From Acidobacteriota bacterium (lineage in GTDB: Bacteria > Acidobacteriota > Thermoanaerobaculia > Multivoradales > UBA5704): a stretch of 64,000 bases of DNA. Location: contig JBDTZG010000008.1 of assembly GCA_040005235.1 (NCBI GenBank), positions 32,001 through 96,000 on the forward strand. Direction: 5' to 3'. The position numbers were made by a program, and so were the translations under genes. The notes under the pieces were generated by a model. That model made no database searches, was not told where the DNA came from, and was given only the letters and a program-made list of their open reading frames with translations. Below, piece after piece: positions 9,726-18,938 of this stretch. The stretch's first letter is position 1, and the number at the start of each line of letters is the position of its first letter.

Positions 9726-12004
9726 CGGGCGCCGAAAAGAAACTCTGCGAACCGCTGGTTCATCTCGGCGAGGCGTACCCGCTCGTCCTCGATCTGGTCC
9801 TTGCCCGCGATGAAATCGTGGAAGCTCGCATGGTAGAGCCGGTAGCGCTTGCCCCCTTCCGGAGAGCGAACGACGGAAAGGAAGGGCGCCCAGTCATCGA
9901 GCACCCGCCGTACCCGGTGCCGGTCCGAGACCCCGGCGAGCGCGCCGATCCACTCGAACGGCAGCGGTTCACGCGCCGCGGAGAGCGCCGCGAGCACCGG
10001 CAGGCGCTCCCCGTACCAAGTGGCCTCGTCGGCGGTCTTCATTCGCCGCCAGAGGTTGTCGTAGTAGTTCGCGAGGCCCTGCGGCAGCTCGTCGAGCGAG
10101 CCCCCGCCTCTCGCCTCGGCGGCCTCGATCTCGGGCAGGACGTAGCGAAGGTACATGAAGTTTCCTTCGCTCTTCTCCGCAAGGTCGGCGACGAACCGCT
10201 CGATCGAAAGGCCGCGTCGCTCGCGATAGGCGGCGATTCCGGGGCGTTCTGCGGCGCGCTCCAGATACTCGGTCACGTCCGCCCGGTTTTCCAGCGAGGA
10301 CGCGACGATCTCATCGGTCTCGATCCGCTCGGCGCGGAGCGGAATCTCGCCGCGCCGGGCGGTGACCAGAGCGAACACGCCGGCCGGCAAAATCGGCGGC
10401 AGATAGAGCAGGTTGGATCCGCCGGACTGGGCGCCGGTGTCCGCCTCGTCGAGCGCGTCGACCAAAAAGAACGCCCGCTCGCCGGGAGCCAGACGGCCGG
10501 AAACCTGGTCCAGGATCGACATCAGGAACTGGCCGCTATCGCCGCCCTCGGGCGGAAGTGAGCGAGCGAGGCCATAGGCGGCGATCAGCTGGGTGCATAA
10601 CGAACGGAGAAACTGGCCCGGGGTCTGGTTACCGCTCTGACGCTGGTTGAAATATCGAGGGTAGCCTCTCGCCTGGGCGAGCTTCGCGACGACCGCCGTC
10701 TTGCCGATCCCCGGATCGCCCCGAAGGAGAAAATAGCCGCTCTCGGACTTTTCCGCGAACGCATCGATCCGGTCGAACAGCCAGCGACGCCCGGCGAAGT
10801 CGCGGGTCTTCTCGGCGATCAGGCCGCGAAAGTCGGAGAGCGCCTTGCGCGCCCCCGCCCCCGGTCCGGTTCCTACCCCCGCGAGCGGCTCGACGAGCGC
10901 CATGTCCCCCTGCCGGAGGAAGAGGACCGGCACCGCAAACTCGGCGCTCTTGGGTTTCGCCGTATGCACCGCGAGGCGGGCCTCGCCCATCGCGGCTTCG
11001 AGCGGCAGCCCCAACGCCAGCTGGGTATAGAGAGCATGGGTGAAGGCGATGGCGTTTGAATCGCGCACCGACATCTGCATCGCGATCACCGCCGGAACCC
11101 CCGCGAGCACCAGAGCGGCGCCGACGCTCTGAAACGCGTCGCGCTCAATGGCGGCGGCGACGCGCCCCCCTTCGCAGGCGGAGAGAACGACCAGGCGCAA
11201 CTCGTCGCAGTCCTGAAGATGGTCGGCGAGGACTCGCCCCGAGACCGTCACTGGCGCCCGGCGGTCGGAGGAAAAGATGAGCATCCCCTCGCCAGTCTGC
11301 TCGTCGAGCTTGCCATGGCCGATCCAGTGGAGCATATGGACGGCGTCTTCACCCCAGGTCCGAAGCTCCGCGCGCAGGCCGGCGGGCTCGGGATCGGCCA
11401 GAAAGGAAAGCGACAGGCCGGGCACCTTGGAGAGGACCTGTTCGATCGTCAGAAATTCGCCCGCCACGTCGAGCCTCGGCTCCATCTTGGCGTCGCTCCA
11501 GGCGGTCAGAAGCCGAAGCGGGGTGGCGAGCGGTGGGCGGACGCCCCTTGGGACGAAGATCCGCCGCACCACCGGAGTCTTGGCCCCGAGCGCAAGAAAC
11601 TGACGCCGCTCTCGCCGATAGAGCAGCTCCCAGGGAAGGGCCGCGAGCGGAGCCAGCTCCGGCCGTTCGAGATCGAACCCGAGCTCGATCCGCAGACCCG
11701 CCTCGGCATCCCCTTCGATCTTCTCAGCCGCCGCGGCGAAGCGCTCGCCGACCTTCCCCGCGAACAGCCCGTCGAAGAGCCGCGCACCGATCTCTTCCGC
11801 AGCCATCGGCTCCGGTGCTGCAGGCTCCTCGCCACGAGCGGAGCCGGGGGGAACCAGCGCCGCGAGCACCGAAGGCAGCTCGGCCGGCTCGAACGGCATC
11901 CGCAGCGTGCCTTCGGCATCCCCCACCAGGCGCGAGCGAAGGCGAACGGCGAAGTCTCCGCCGTTCACCGGCTCGAAAGTGAGCTGAAGCTCCTCATAGC
12001 GCAC
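9722..12004 (-). CDS. CHAT (caspase-like) protease fused to NACHT/STAND P-loop NTPase
   Basis: LPWELL motif. Catalytic HWIGHG and LSAC. Walker A GDPGIGKT and Walker B FFLVDALDE. SEGNFMYL, LPQGLANYY and YRLYHASFHDF. GTG start with GGGGAGG RBS. Confidence 0.88.
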   Translation of the reverse strand: MRYEELQLTFEPVNGGDFAVRLRSRLVGDAEGTLRMPFEPAELPSVLAALVPPGSARGEEPAAPEPMAAEEIGARLFDGLFAGKVGERFAAAAEKIEGDAEAGLRIELGFDLERPELAPLAALPWELLYRRERRQFLALGAKTPVVRRIFVPRGVRPPLATPLRLLTAWSDAKMEPRLDVAGEFLTIEQVLSKVPGLSLSFLADPEPAGLRAELRTWGEDAVHMLHWIGHGKLDEQTGEGMLIFSSDRRAPVTVSGRVLADHLQDCDELRLVVLSACEGGRVAAAIERDAFQSVGAALVLAGVPAVIAMQMSVRDSNAIAFTHALYTQLALGLPLEAAMGEARLAVHTAKPKSAEFAVPVLFLRQGDMALVEPLAGVGTGPGAGARKALSDFRGLIAEKTRDFAGRRWLFDRIDAFAEKSESGYFLLRGDPGIGKTAVVAKLAQARGYPRYFNQRQSGNQTPGQFLRSLCTQLIAAYGLARSLPPEGGDSGQFLMSILDQVSGRLAPGERAFFLVDALDEADTGAQSGGSNLLYLPPILPAGVFALVTARRGEIPLRAERIETDEIVASSLENRADVTEYLERAAERPGIAAYRERRGLSIERFVADLAEKSEGNFMYLRYVLPEIEAAEARGGGSLDELPQGLANYYDNLWRRMKTADEATWYGERLPVLAALSAAREPLPFEWIGALAGVSDRHRVRRVLDDWAPFLSVVRSPEGGKRYRLYHASFHDFIAGKDQIEDERVRLAEMNQRFAEFLFGAR

Positions 12005-12204
12005 CGGGCACCTCCCCTCGCTTTGGTGTCGCGCGATTACCGCTCGGGCTTGCGCGAATAGTAATCCTGCGGGCCGGTTCGTTGGGGCGATCGATTCTGG
12101 TATTGAACGCGAGAAATTGCAGAACCGCGGCTCTTATCGGAACAGATCTTGCAGCTCCTTCTCAACCACGCTCGCTTGGAACGTGGTCGAAAGAGGAGTC
12201 CTGC

Positions 12205-13374
12205 ATGACGAAGATTTTCCTGTTGAACCGTCTGTGCGGCCTGGGTTTCGTGGCCGCGCTTGGCCTTTTGGGCATGGCCTTGCCGGCCACGGCCCAGACT
12301 TGCGATGGCTCGGGGGATGGCACCTGGAACGGCTGTCGCGGCACGGGTTGCCATGTCTGCTCGGAAAAGGTTTCCGCCTATGGCTGCTACTTTCTCAACC
12401 ACCCGTCCTGCATTCAGAACACCACGTGCGCCGGCCAGTTCTTCGATTGCGACGCGGGTTGCCCGCCGCCCACGGAAGCCGATCTCTGCGGCGCGACCAG
12501 CAAAGATGGCGACACTTTGTCCGACGTGCTGGAAGACCAGCTGGTTTGGCGCTTTGCCCCGGTCGTCCGCCTGCATCCGAGCGATTCGTACCGGCCGAGC
12601 AGCGCGGACTGGTACATGGCGCGGACCCAGATGAGGTTCGATCATTCCGGTTGCTCGGATGATCAGATTCTCAACAAAGGGCAGGTCACGACCAACAACA
12701 TCGACCTGCAGGCGCACCAGAACAAGAACGGCTGGCCGAGCTGCAGCCACAACAGCTCGGTGCAGTACTCCGACATGAGGACGTCCAACAGTCGGTTCTT
12801 CCTACAGATCCCGAACGACTCCGCCGAGCTGACCACCCGCCTCGGGGCTTCCTCGACCGACTGGACCTGCTATGCGCACGTGCGCTTCGCGCCGGGTTCG
12901 ACTACCCAGTACGACATTCAGTATTGGTTCTTCTTTCCCTACAACGGCGCTCTCGCGGTGGGCCAGGGCGGTCACGAGGGGGACTGGGAGCACATCACCG
13001 TCCGCGTCCAGAGCGACGGGACGACGCTCTCCCAGGTCTACTTCTCGGCGCATGACAACGAGGGGCAGTGGTACCTGCCCGGGCAGATCTCTTACACCAC
13101 CGACGGCCGGCCGGTCGCCTATTCGGCGATCAACAGCCACGCGAGCTACCCTTCGGCGGGCACCTGGAGCCGCGGCATCTTGCCGGCCGACCAAACCGCC
13201 GACGGCGGTCCGGCCTGGGACTGCCGCCGTAGCGTCTGGAACGTCGGCGAGGGCGGATTGCCGCTCAACAAAGGTCGCTACTGGCTGAATTACAGCGGAC
13301 GCTGGGGCGAGATCGGCGAGATCTTCAGCGGCCCGTGGGGCCCCGCATACCAGGCGTACTGGACCGTAAACTAG
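12205..13374 (+). CDS. Secreted protein with Cys-rich N-terminal module and Vps62/DUF946-like domain
   Basis: AGAGGAG RBS. Signal peptide. Cys-rich stretch. Motifs FAPVVRLHP, IQYWFFFPYN, HEGDWEHITV, YFSAH, NSHASY and YSGRWG. Confidence 0.75.
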   Translation: MTKIFLLNRLCGLGFVAALGLLGMALPATAQTCDGSGDGTWNGCRGTGCHVCSEKVSAYGCYFLNHPSCIQNTTCAGQFFDCDAGCPPPTEADLCGATSKDGDTLSDVLEDQLVWRFAPVVRLHPSDSYRPSSADWYMARTQMRFDHSGCSDDQILNKGQVTTNNIDLQAHQNKNGWPSCSHNSSVQYSDMRTSNSRFFLQIPNDSAELTTRLGASSTDWTCYAHVRFAPGSTTQYDIQYWFFFPYNGALAVGQGGHEGDWEHITVRVQSDGTTLSQVYFSAHDNEGQWYLPGQISYTTDGRPVAYSAINSHASYPSAGTWSRGILPADQTADGGPAWDCRRSVWNVGEGGLPLNKGRYWLNYSGRWGEIGEIFSGPWGPAYQAYWTVN

Positions 13375-13421
13375 ATTCCGCCTCGCTGGGAGGGGAGGGG
13401 GCCGAACCCCTGAAGGGCAGC

Positions 13422-13820
13422 CTACGGCTCGTTCTCCACCCCTTCGGCCGGCGGCGGACCCACATCGGCGTCTTCGGAGAGCGGCGCCGCCGAGGTGAGT
13501 CCTTCTTCCAACAGCTCGCGCGCTTCTTCCAGGCGTTCGGAGGGGACTTCGATCTGCACCGGGGTCATGGGATTGAAGCCCGGCGCGAAAGCGAACAGGT
13601 CGCTTCCGTCTTCGCCATCGGTTGCGAAGGGAATGCCCGCCTCGGTGAGCATCTCTTCGGCTGCAGCGATGGCGTTGGGATCGGTGGTTTCGAACGCGAC
13701 GTCGAGGTCGGAATTGGGGGTCTCTTCGTTCGGAGGAAGCTCGGGGAGGAGCGTAATTCCGCAATCAGTGCAGGTGGTGAATCCCTCGCGATATTCAGTA
13801 CGGCAGCTCGGGCAGAACAT
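13422..13820 (-). CDS. DUF2007-like protein with N-terminal zinc ribbon
   Basis: MFCPSCRTEYREGFTTCTDCG. LTEAGIPF...IEVPSERLEEARELL. AAAGGAG RBS. Confidence 0.8.
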   Translation of the reverse strand: MFCPSCRTEYREGFTTCTDCGITLLPELPPNEETPNSDLDVAFETTDPNAIAAAEEMLTEAGIPFATDGEDGSDLFAFAPGFNPMTPVQIEVPSERLEEARELLEEGLTSAAPLSEDADVGPPPAEGVENEP

Positions 13821-13890
13821 GGAGATCTCCTTTCACAGGCTGGCAGGAAAAGATTCAAGAACGAGATGATCCTAGCAGGTGCGCCGCGCT

Positions 13891-15537
13891 TCACGGCTTG
13901 CCGCAAAGCCGGCTGAGAAAATCGCCGGGCCGCTGTCCTAAGGGCGAATCCCCGATCAGAACCGAGTAGCTCGGCGGAAAGAACGTCACCTCGCCGGTGA
14001 CGCCCGCGCGCGCCGCCTGGGCTTTCACCTCATCGGGCCAATAGGCGAGGAGGGCGAAGCGCTGGGGGACCTGGCGGAGTCCTTCGCCGTAATGGTAGAG
14101 ATCGGCGTGGGTGTCGCAGGGCACGCCCCGAATCCACTCTTGCGAGGCGAAGTTGAGGGGATAGACCAGCCAATAGTCGCCGGCCACGAGGGTCACCCCT
14201 TGCCGACGGAGCAGGCCGAGCACCTGCCACTCTCCGGAAGCCGCGGCGTGCAGACGCTGGCGCATTAGGGTATTCGGCCAGAAATAGACGCTCGCCGAGT
14301 AGAGGGCCACGAGCGCCGCGAGCACGCCGGCCAGGACCGGACCCCAGGTGCGGCGCCAGGTGCTCAATGCGGCGAGGAAGATTCCCAAGGCGAGCGGTGC
14401 GAGAAGGTAGATCGGCAGCACGTAGCGCACGGTGAGGCCGCGGCTCCCTCCGGCTGCGGAAAGGACGTTGATCGCGACGGTGGCACCGATCAACAGCAGG
14501 GCGAGCACGCGCCGGTGTGGGTTGGCCTCGGTGTTCTTTTTCTTGGCCGGAATGGCGCCGGCTTCGGAAATTGCGCTCCGGTCGCCCCAGATGAAGAAGA
14601 AGGCGAAGGCCAGGAAGTAGACCGCGGCGGCGGGGAAGCGGAGCGCGCGGGTGAGGGGACCGGGAGGGCTAGGGCCCCCCTCCGGATCGGTCGACACGAA
14701 CAGCTCGGGCAGCTTGTAGGTGGAGAGGAAGTCGAGGTTGTCGATCACGCTCGCCCGATCGAGCGCCGGCCGGGCGACCGAGTTGGCGCCGTTGAACGAG
14801 GCGAGCGGATGCACGACGTTGTAGCCGATCCAGGGGGAGGCGCCGACCAGAAACCCCGCGAGCGCGAGCAGGCCGATCCGGGCGAGACGCAGAAGGCTCG
14901 ATCGTAAGGTCTCGGACCCGGGCCGTCGGAAGTGCAAGCGGAGGACCAGCCAGGCGATCACCGGCAAGGTCACGCAGAGGGTCTGGAGTGATGCCCACCA
15001 GGAGAGCCCGACGACTCCGCCGAATGCGAGCCAGAGGCCGCGCCGTTCCGGCTCGTCGGCCACCCACGCGGCGAGCCAGAGGGTGGCCGCTGCGAGCGCG
15101 AGCGTCACCGAATAGCCGTTCGGCTGATCCGTCCAGTAGAGGAACGCGGGGGAGGGGAGCGCCGCCGCGACCAGCCCCCATCGCGCGGCGGCAGGCCCGG
15201 CGAGACGGCGCACGAACAGCCAGGAAAAGAGCATTCCGAGCGAGCTGGCGAGCCAGGGCGCGTAGCCCATCGCCTGGCGCGTCGGACCGAGGATCAGAAA
15301 TGCGAGCGCGTGAAGGTACGACTCGATCGCGCCGATCCGGACGCCGTTGTAAAACACCTGAAGATCGCCGGCCAGGATGCGCAGCGCGCACAGACCGGTC
15401 TGGATGCAGTCCGCATCGGCCTGGAACTTGGTGACCGGAAAGATGATGACGAACCGCAAGGCGACCCCCGCAGCGAACAGCGCCGCGGTCGCGAGTCCGG
15501 CGATTGTGATCGAGTGGGAGAGCGACGGCCGCTTCAT
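13891..15537 (-). CDS. GT-C superfamily (PMT/ArnT-like) membrane glycosyltransferase
   Basis: Polytopic membrane protein with an acidic FQADAD motif after TM1. RYVLP and DYW motifs near the C-terminus. Confidence 0.65.
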   Translation of the reverse strand: MKRPSLSHSITIAGLATAALFAAGVALRFVIIFPVTKFQADADCIQTGLCALRILAGDLQVFYNGVRIGAIESYLHALAFLILGPTRQAMGYAPWLASSLGMLFSWLFVRRLAGPAAARWGLVAAALPSPAFLYWTDQPNGYSVTLALAAATLWLAAWVADEPERRGLWLAFGGVVGLSWWASLQTLCVTLPVIAWLVLRLHFRRPGSETLRSSLLRLARIGLLALAGFLVGASPWIGYNVVHPLASFNGANSVARPALDRASVIDNLDFLSTYKLPELFVSTDPEGGPSPPGPLTRALRFPAAAVYFLAFAFFFIWGDRSAISEAGAIPAKKKNTEANPHRRVLALLLIGATVAINVLSAAGGSRGLTVRYVLPIYLLAPLALGIFLAALSTWRRTWGPVLAGVLAALVALYSASVYFWPNTLMRQRLHAAASGEWQVLGLLRRQGVTLVAGDYWLVYPLNFASQEWIRGVPCDTHADLYHYGEGLRQVPQRFALLAYWPDEVKAQAARAGVTGEVTFFPPSYSVLIGDSPLGQRPGDFLSRLCGKP

Positions 15538-15562
15538 GCCGGCTTTGCGGCCTTCACGCAAT

Positions 15563-16291
15563 TCAAAGGGGGCGCCGGGCCACGAGAAGGAGCTCGGCGC
15601 CGAGTGCGGGGAGAACGCGGCGTTCGAGCTCGAGCAGCCCGGCCGCGAGCCGGCGCGAGAGGGGAGCCACGAACGGCGCGGCGACGAAGAAGGTCTCGGC
15701 GCTCACCGGTTCGAAGCCCGCTTCGGCGACCGCGCGCGTCAGACTCTTCCGGTTGAACAGGCCGAGATGCTGCTGGCGGTAGTCGACCGGGCCGACGAGG
15801 CTCACCAACCATTCGAGCAGCGGCCAGAGGCTCTTGGCGTTCGGAGTCGAGAGGATCAAATGACCGCCCGGGCGGAGCACGGCGTAGGCGTCGCGCAGGA
15901 ACCCGCCGACCTCGGCCGGGGGCAGGTGCTCGATCACCTCGACGCTCACCACGGCGTCAAATCGCCTTTCGAGCGCGGCGTCGCGCACGTCGGCGACGCG
16001 GAACTCGAATCCCGGGCGGGAGTAATGTTCCTGCGCGTAGGCGATCTGGGGCTCGGCGAGATCGATGCCGAGCGCGGTCTCGACCGGCCGCTTCAGGTTG
16101 CCGAGAAACGTCCCCGGGCCGCAGCCGAGATCGAGCAGGCTTTTGCAATCCACCGGCAGCTTCGACTCGACCAGGCGCAGGCGGTGGTGGTGCCAGAACC
16201 ACTGGACCCCGCGGCCGCGTCGGTACACCTTGTCGTAATAGCCTGGTTCGATCTCCAGGTAATGGTCGAGTCGGAACGTCGTATCACGCAC
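15563..16291 (-). CDS. Class I SAM-dependent methyltransferase
   Basis: LLDLGCGPG, GIDL, FDAVVSVEVIEHL and LRPGGHLILSTPN. The GTG start at 16291 is inferred; the ORF is open to 16408. Confidence 0.85.
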   Translation of the reverse strand: MRDTTFRLDHYLEIEPGYYDKVYRRGRGVQWFWHHHRLRLVESKLPVDCKSLLDLGCGPGTFLGNLKRPVETALGIDLAEPQIAYAQEHYSRPGFEFRVADVRDAALERRFDAVVSVEVIEHLPPAEVGGFLRDAYAVLRPGGHLILSTPNAKSLWPLLEWLVSLVGPVDYRQQHLGLFNRKSLTRAVAEAGFEPVSAETFFVAAPFVAPLSRRLAAGLLELERRVLPALGAELLLVARRPL

Positions 16292-16465
16292 GCAGGATCT
16301 CGGGCTCCTGCCGGGTCGGCGGGGTACGAGGGCGAGGGTGCGGAACCTTTGCGGGTGGCGACATTCCGATATTTTATCCGGAACTCCCACTTGGATGCAT
16401 GGAACCACCCCCGGAAGGCCGCCGCTCGGGCCAATCCCGCCGACGACCTCTCCGCGGGAGCCGCA

Positions 16466-16725
16466 GAAAGTCGCACAAGAATCTTCGTCGGGCGCACAAG
16501 AATCCGCGTTGGGGACGAGAGAATCGCCGCCGGGATCGAGCCCATCTTCGTTGGGATCGAGACAATCGCCGAAAGTCGCACAAGAATCCCCGATGGGCGC
16601 ACAAGAATCTGCGCCGGGGTGGAGCCCATCGCCGTCGGGATCGAGCCCAACGATGCCGGGGGCGAGAGAATCGCCGGAAGTCGCACAAGAATCTTCGGCG
16701 GTCGCACAAGAATCCGCGCCGGGGA
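16466..16725. repeat. Degenerate 21-bp tandem repeat with 105-bp higher-order period
   Basis: GAAAGTCGCACAAGAATC starts at 16466 and 16571, with a variant at 16676. CGCACAAGAATC, GAGAGAATC and GAGCCCATC units recur every 21 bp. Confidence 0.85.
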
Positions 16726-16816
16726 TCGGGGAGGCTAAGGCGGCCGTGAGAGTTCGCCCGGCGCTCTGACCCTCGCCGTCCTCGCCTATGATCCCCAGCC
16801 GGAGATCTTATTCGGC

Positions 16817-17875
16817 ATGAGCGACCCGTTGTTCTGGCACCGAGTGCAATTCGGTTTCACGATCGCCTATCACTACCTGTTTCCGCAGCTCACGATGGGG
16901 CTCGCCCTGCTGATCGTGGTGCTGAAGATCCAGGCGGTGCGGACGGGTGCGGCGCGCTATGCCGACGCGGCGCGGTTTTGGGTGCGGGTCTTCGGCCTCA
17001 ATTTCGCGATGGGGGTGGTGACCGGTCTGCCGATGGAGTTTCAATTCGGTACCAACTGGGCGCGCTTTTCGCATTTTGCCGGTGGCGTGATCGGCCAAAC
17101 GCTCGCGATGGAGGGGATCTTCGCGTTCTTCTTGGAATCGAGCGTCCTTGCCCTGCTGGTGTTCGGCGAGCGACGGCTCGGGCCAAAACGCCATCTTGCG
17201 GCGGCCGTCGCGCTGTTCGTCGGCAGCTGGCTCTCCGGCTACTTCATCGTGACGACCAATGCCTTTATGCAGAACCCGGTGGGGTATTCGACCGCTCCTG
17301 ACGGCACGCTCCAGATCGCGGACCTCGCGGCTTTCTTGGGCAACCCCTGGGCGCTCGCGCAATACGCCCACACCATGATGGCTGCCTTGGTGACCGCCTC
17401 TTTCGTGATGGCCGCGGTGGGGGCGTTCTGGCTCCTCCAAGGAAAACACCAAGACGCCGCCCGCGTGTCGCTACGAACCGGAGTGGTCACCGGCCTGTTC
17501 TCTTCGCTCCTGGTCGCGATGCCCACCGGTCACCTCCAAGGGCAACTGGCGGCGACCCACCAGAAGGTGGCGCTCGCGGCGATGGAAGGGCGATTCGAAA
17601 GCGGCCCGATGGCGCCGATCGCGATGATCGGCCAGCCGAACGTCGCGGAGCGCCGGCTGGACAACCCGATCGCGATCCCGGGCGTGCTCTCCTATATCGC
17701 CTACGGCGACTTCTCGAAAAACGTCCGAGGGCTGAACGAATTCCCCGAGGATCTCTGGCCCACCAACGTCGAGCTGCTCTATTACGCGTTCCACATCATG
17801 GTGGGCCTGATCGCGCGCGAGGTCGGCCATGGGCCGCGTTCGCTCGAACGTTCCGGCGTTCCCGTCGTTATATAA
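16817..17875 (+). pseudogene. cydA: Cytochrome bd oxidase subunit I with in-frame internal deletion (GRQPW region missing)
   Basis: YHYLFP, MEFQFGTNW, EGIFAFFLES, NAFMQNP, KVALAAMEG and FHIMVGL are present. The protein then jumps to the C-terminal REVGHGP. Only 352 aa. Confidence 0.75.
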
Positions 17876-17891
17876 GGGCCTGGCGACGACG

Positions 17892-18938
17892 ATGAACGCG
17901 CTCTGGTACGCCTTCGCCTCGGTGCTATTGGCCGGCTATGTGATCCTCGACGGTTTTGATTTCGGCGCCGGAGCGCTCCATCTGTTTGTGGCGAAGACCG
18001 ACCGCCAACGCCGCGAGGTGCTCGCCGCGATCGGCCCGTTCTGGGACGGCAACGAGGTCTGGCTGCTCGCCGCGGGCGGCCTCCTGTTCCTCGCTTTCCC
18101 CAAAGTACTCGGCGCGGGCCTTTCGGGCCTTTACCTGCCGGTCTTCTTCCTGCTCTGGGCGCTGATCCTGCGCGGCATCGCCATGGAATTCCGGTCGCAC
18201 GTCGAGGATGCGATGTGGCGCGGCCTTTGGGACATCGTCTTTTCGCTCGCGAGCGCGCTGCCGCCGGTCCTCCTTGGAGCGGCGCTCGGCAACCTCCTGC
18301 GGGGGGTGCCGCTCGACGGCACGGGCTATTTCGCCCTGCCGCTCTGGACCGATTTCACCGCTCGGGCGCCGTACGGCGTGCTCGACGGTTACACGACTCT
18401 GGCGGGTGTCCTGGCGCTCGTGGCGCTCGCCCATCACGGCGCGCTGTTTCTCGCCTGGAAGACGGAAGGCGAGGTTCACGAACGATGCCAAAACGCGGCG
18501 GCGCGGCTGTTCGTGCCGCTCGTCGCGCTCTGGCTCGCCGCCACCTGGGCCACCTATGCGCTCCGCCCCGATCTGTTCGAAAACCTGGCGGACCGGCCGC
18601 TGGCGCTCGTCGCCGCGCTGCTCGGCGTCGCGGGGATCATCGGTGCGCTTCTAAGTCGCCGCCGCGGGCAGCCCTTGCTCGCATTCGTCGGATCTTCGGC
18701 GTTCCTGCTCGGCATTCTCGTCGCGACCGTCACCTCGTCCTACCCGGTGATGATCCGCTCGACCCTCGATCCCAGCTTCTCGCTCACCGCCTTGAACGCC
18801 GCTTCGAGCGCGGAGAGCCTGAAGACCGGGCTCCTCTGGTGGCCGTTCGGATTTGCCCTCGCGCTCGCCTATCTGGCGCTGCTGCTTCATATCCACCGGG
18901 GAAAGGTCCGCTCGCCCGCCGAAGGGGAAGGGTACTGA
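17892..18938 (+). CDS. cydB: Cytochrome bd oxidase subunit II
   Basis: YVILDGFDFGAG, IGPFWDGNEVWL and LRGIAMEFR. Follows cydA. Confidence 0.93.
   Translation: MNALWYAFASVLLAGYVILDGFDFGAGALHLFVAKTDRQRREVLAAIGPFWDGNEVWLLAAGGLLFLAFPKVLGAGLSGLYLPVFFLLWALILRGIAMEFRSHVEDAMWRGLWDIVFSLASALPPVLLGAALGNLLRGVPLDGTGYFALPLWTDFTARAPYGVLDGYTTLAGVLALVALAHHGALFLAWKTEGEVHERCQNAAARLFVPLVALWLAATWATYALRPDLFENLADRPLALVAALLGVAGIIGALLSRRRGQPLLAFVGSSAFLLGILVATVTSSYPVMIRSTLDPSFSLTALNAASSAESLKTGLLWWPFGFALALAYLALLLHIHRGKVRSPAEGEGY

Noticed and set aside
16466-16725. Possible CRISPR array
   Set aside because: The 21-bp units abut with no unique spacers, and there are no cas genes in the window.
18215-18934. Long N-terminal extensions in the ORF track (18215 RluA, 32219 ATP-grasp, 40269 Lrp, 53518 secreted protein, 55691 aspS, 50343 secreted protein)
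   Set aside because: The extensions overlap other real genes. Better starts with an RBS, -10 box or domain boundary lie downstream, so these are not true fusions.
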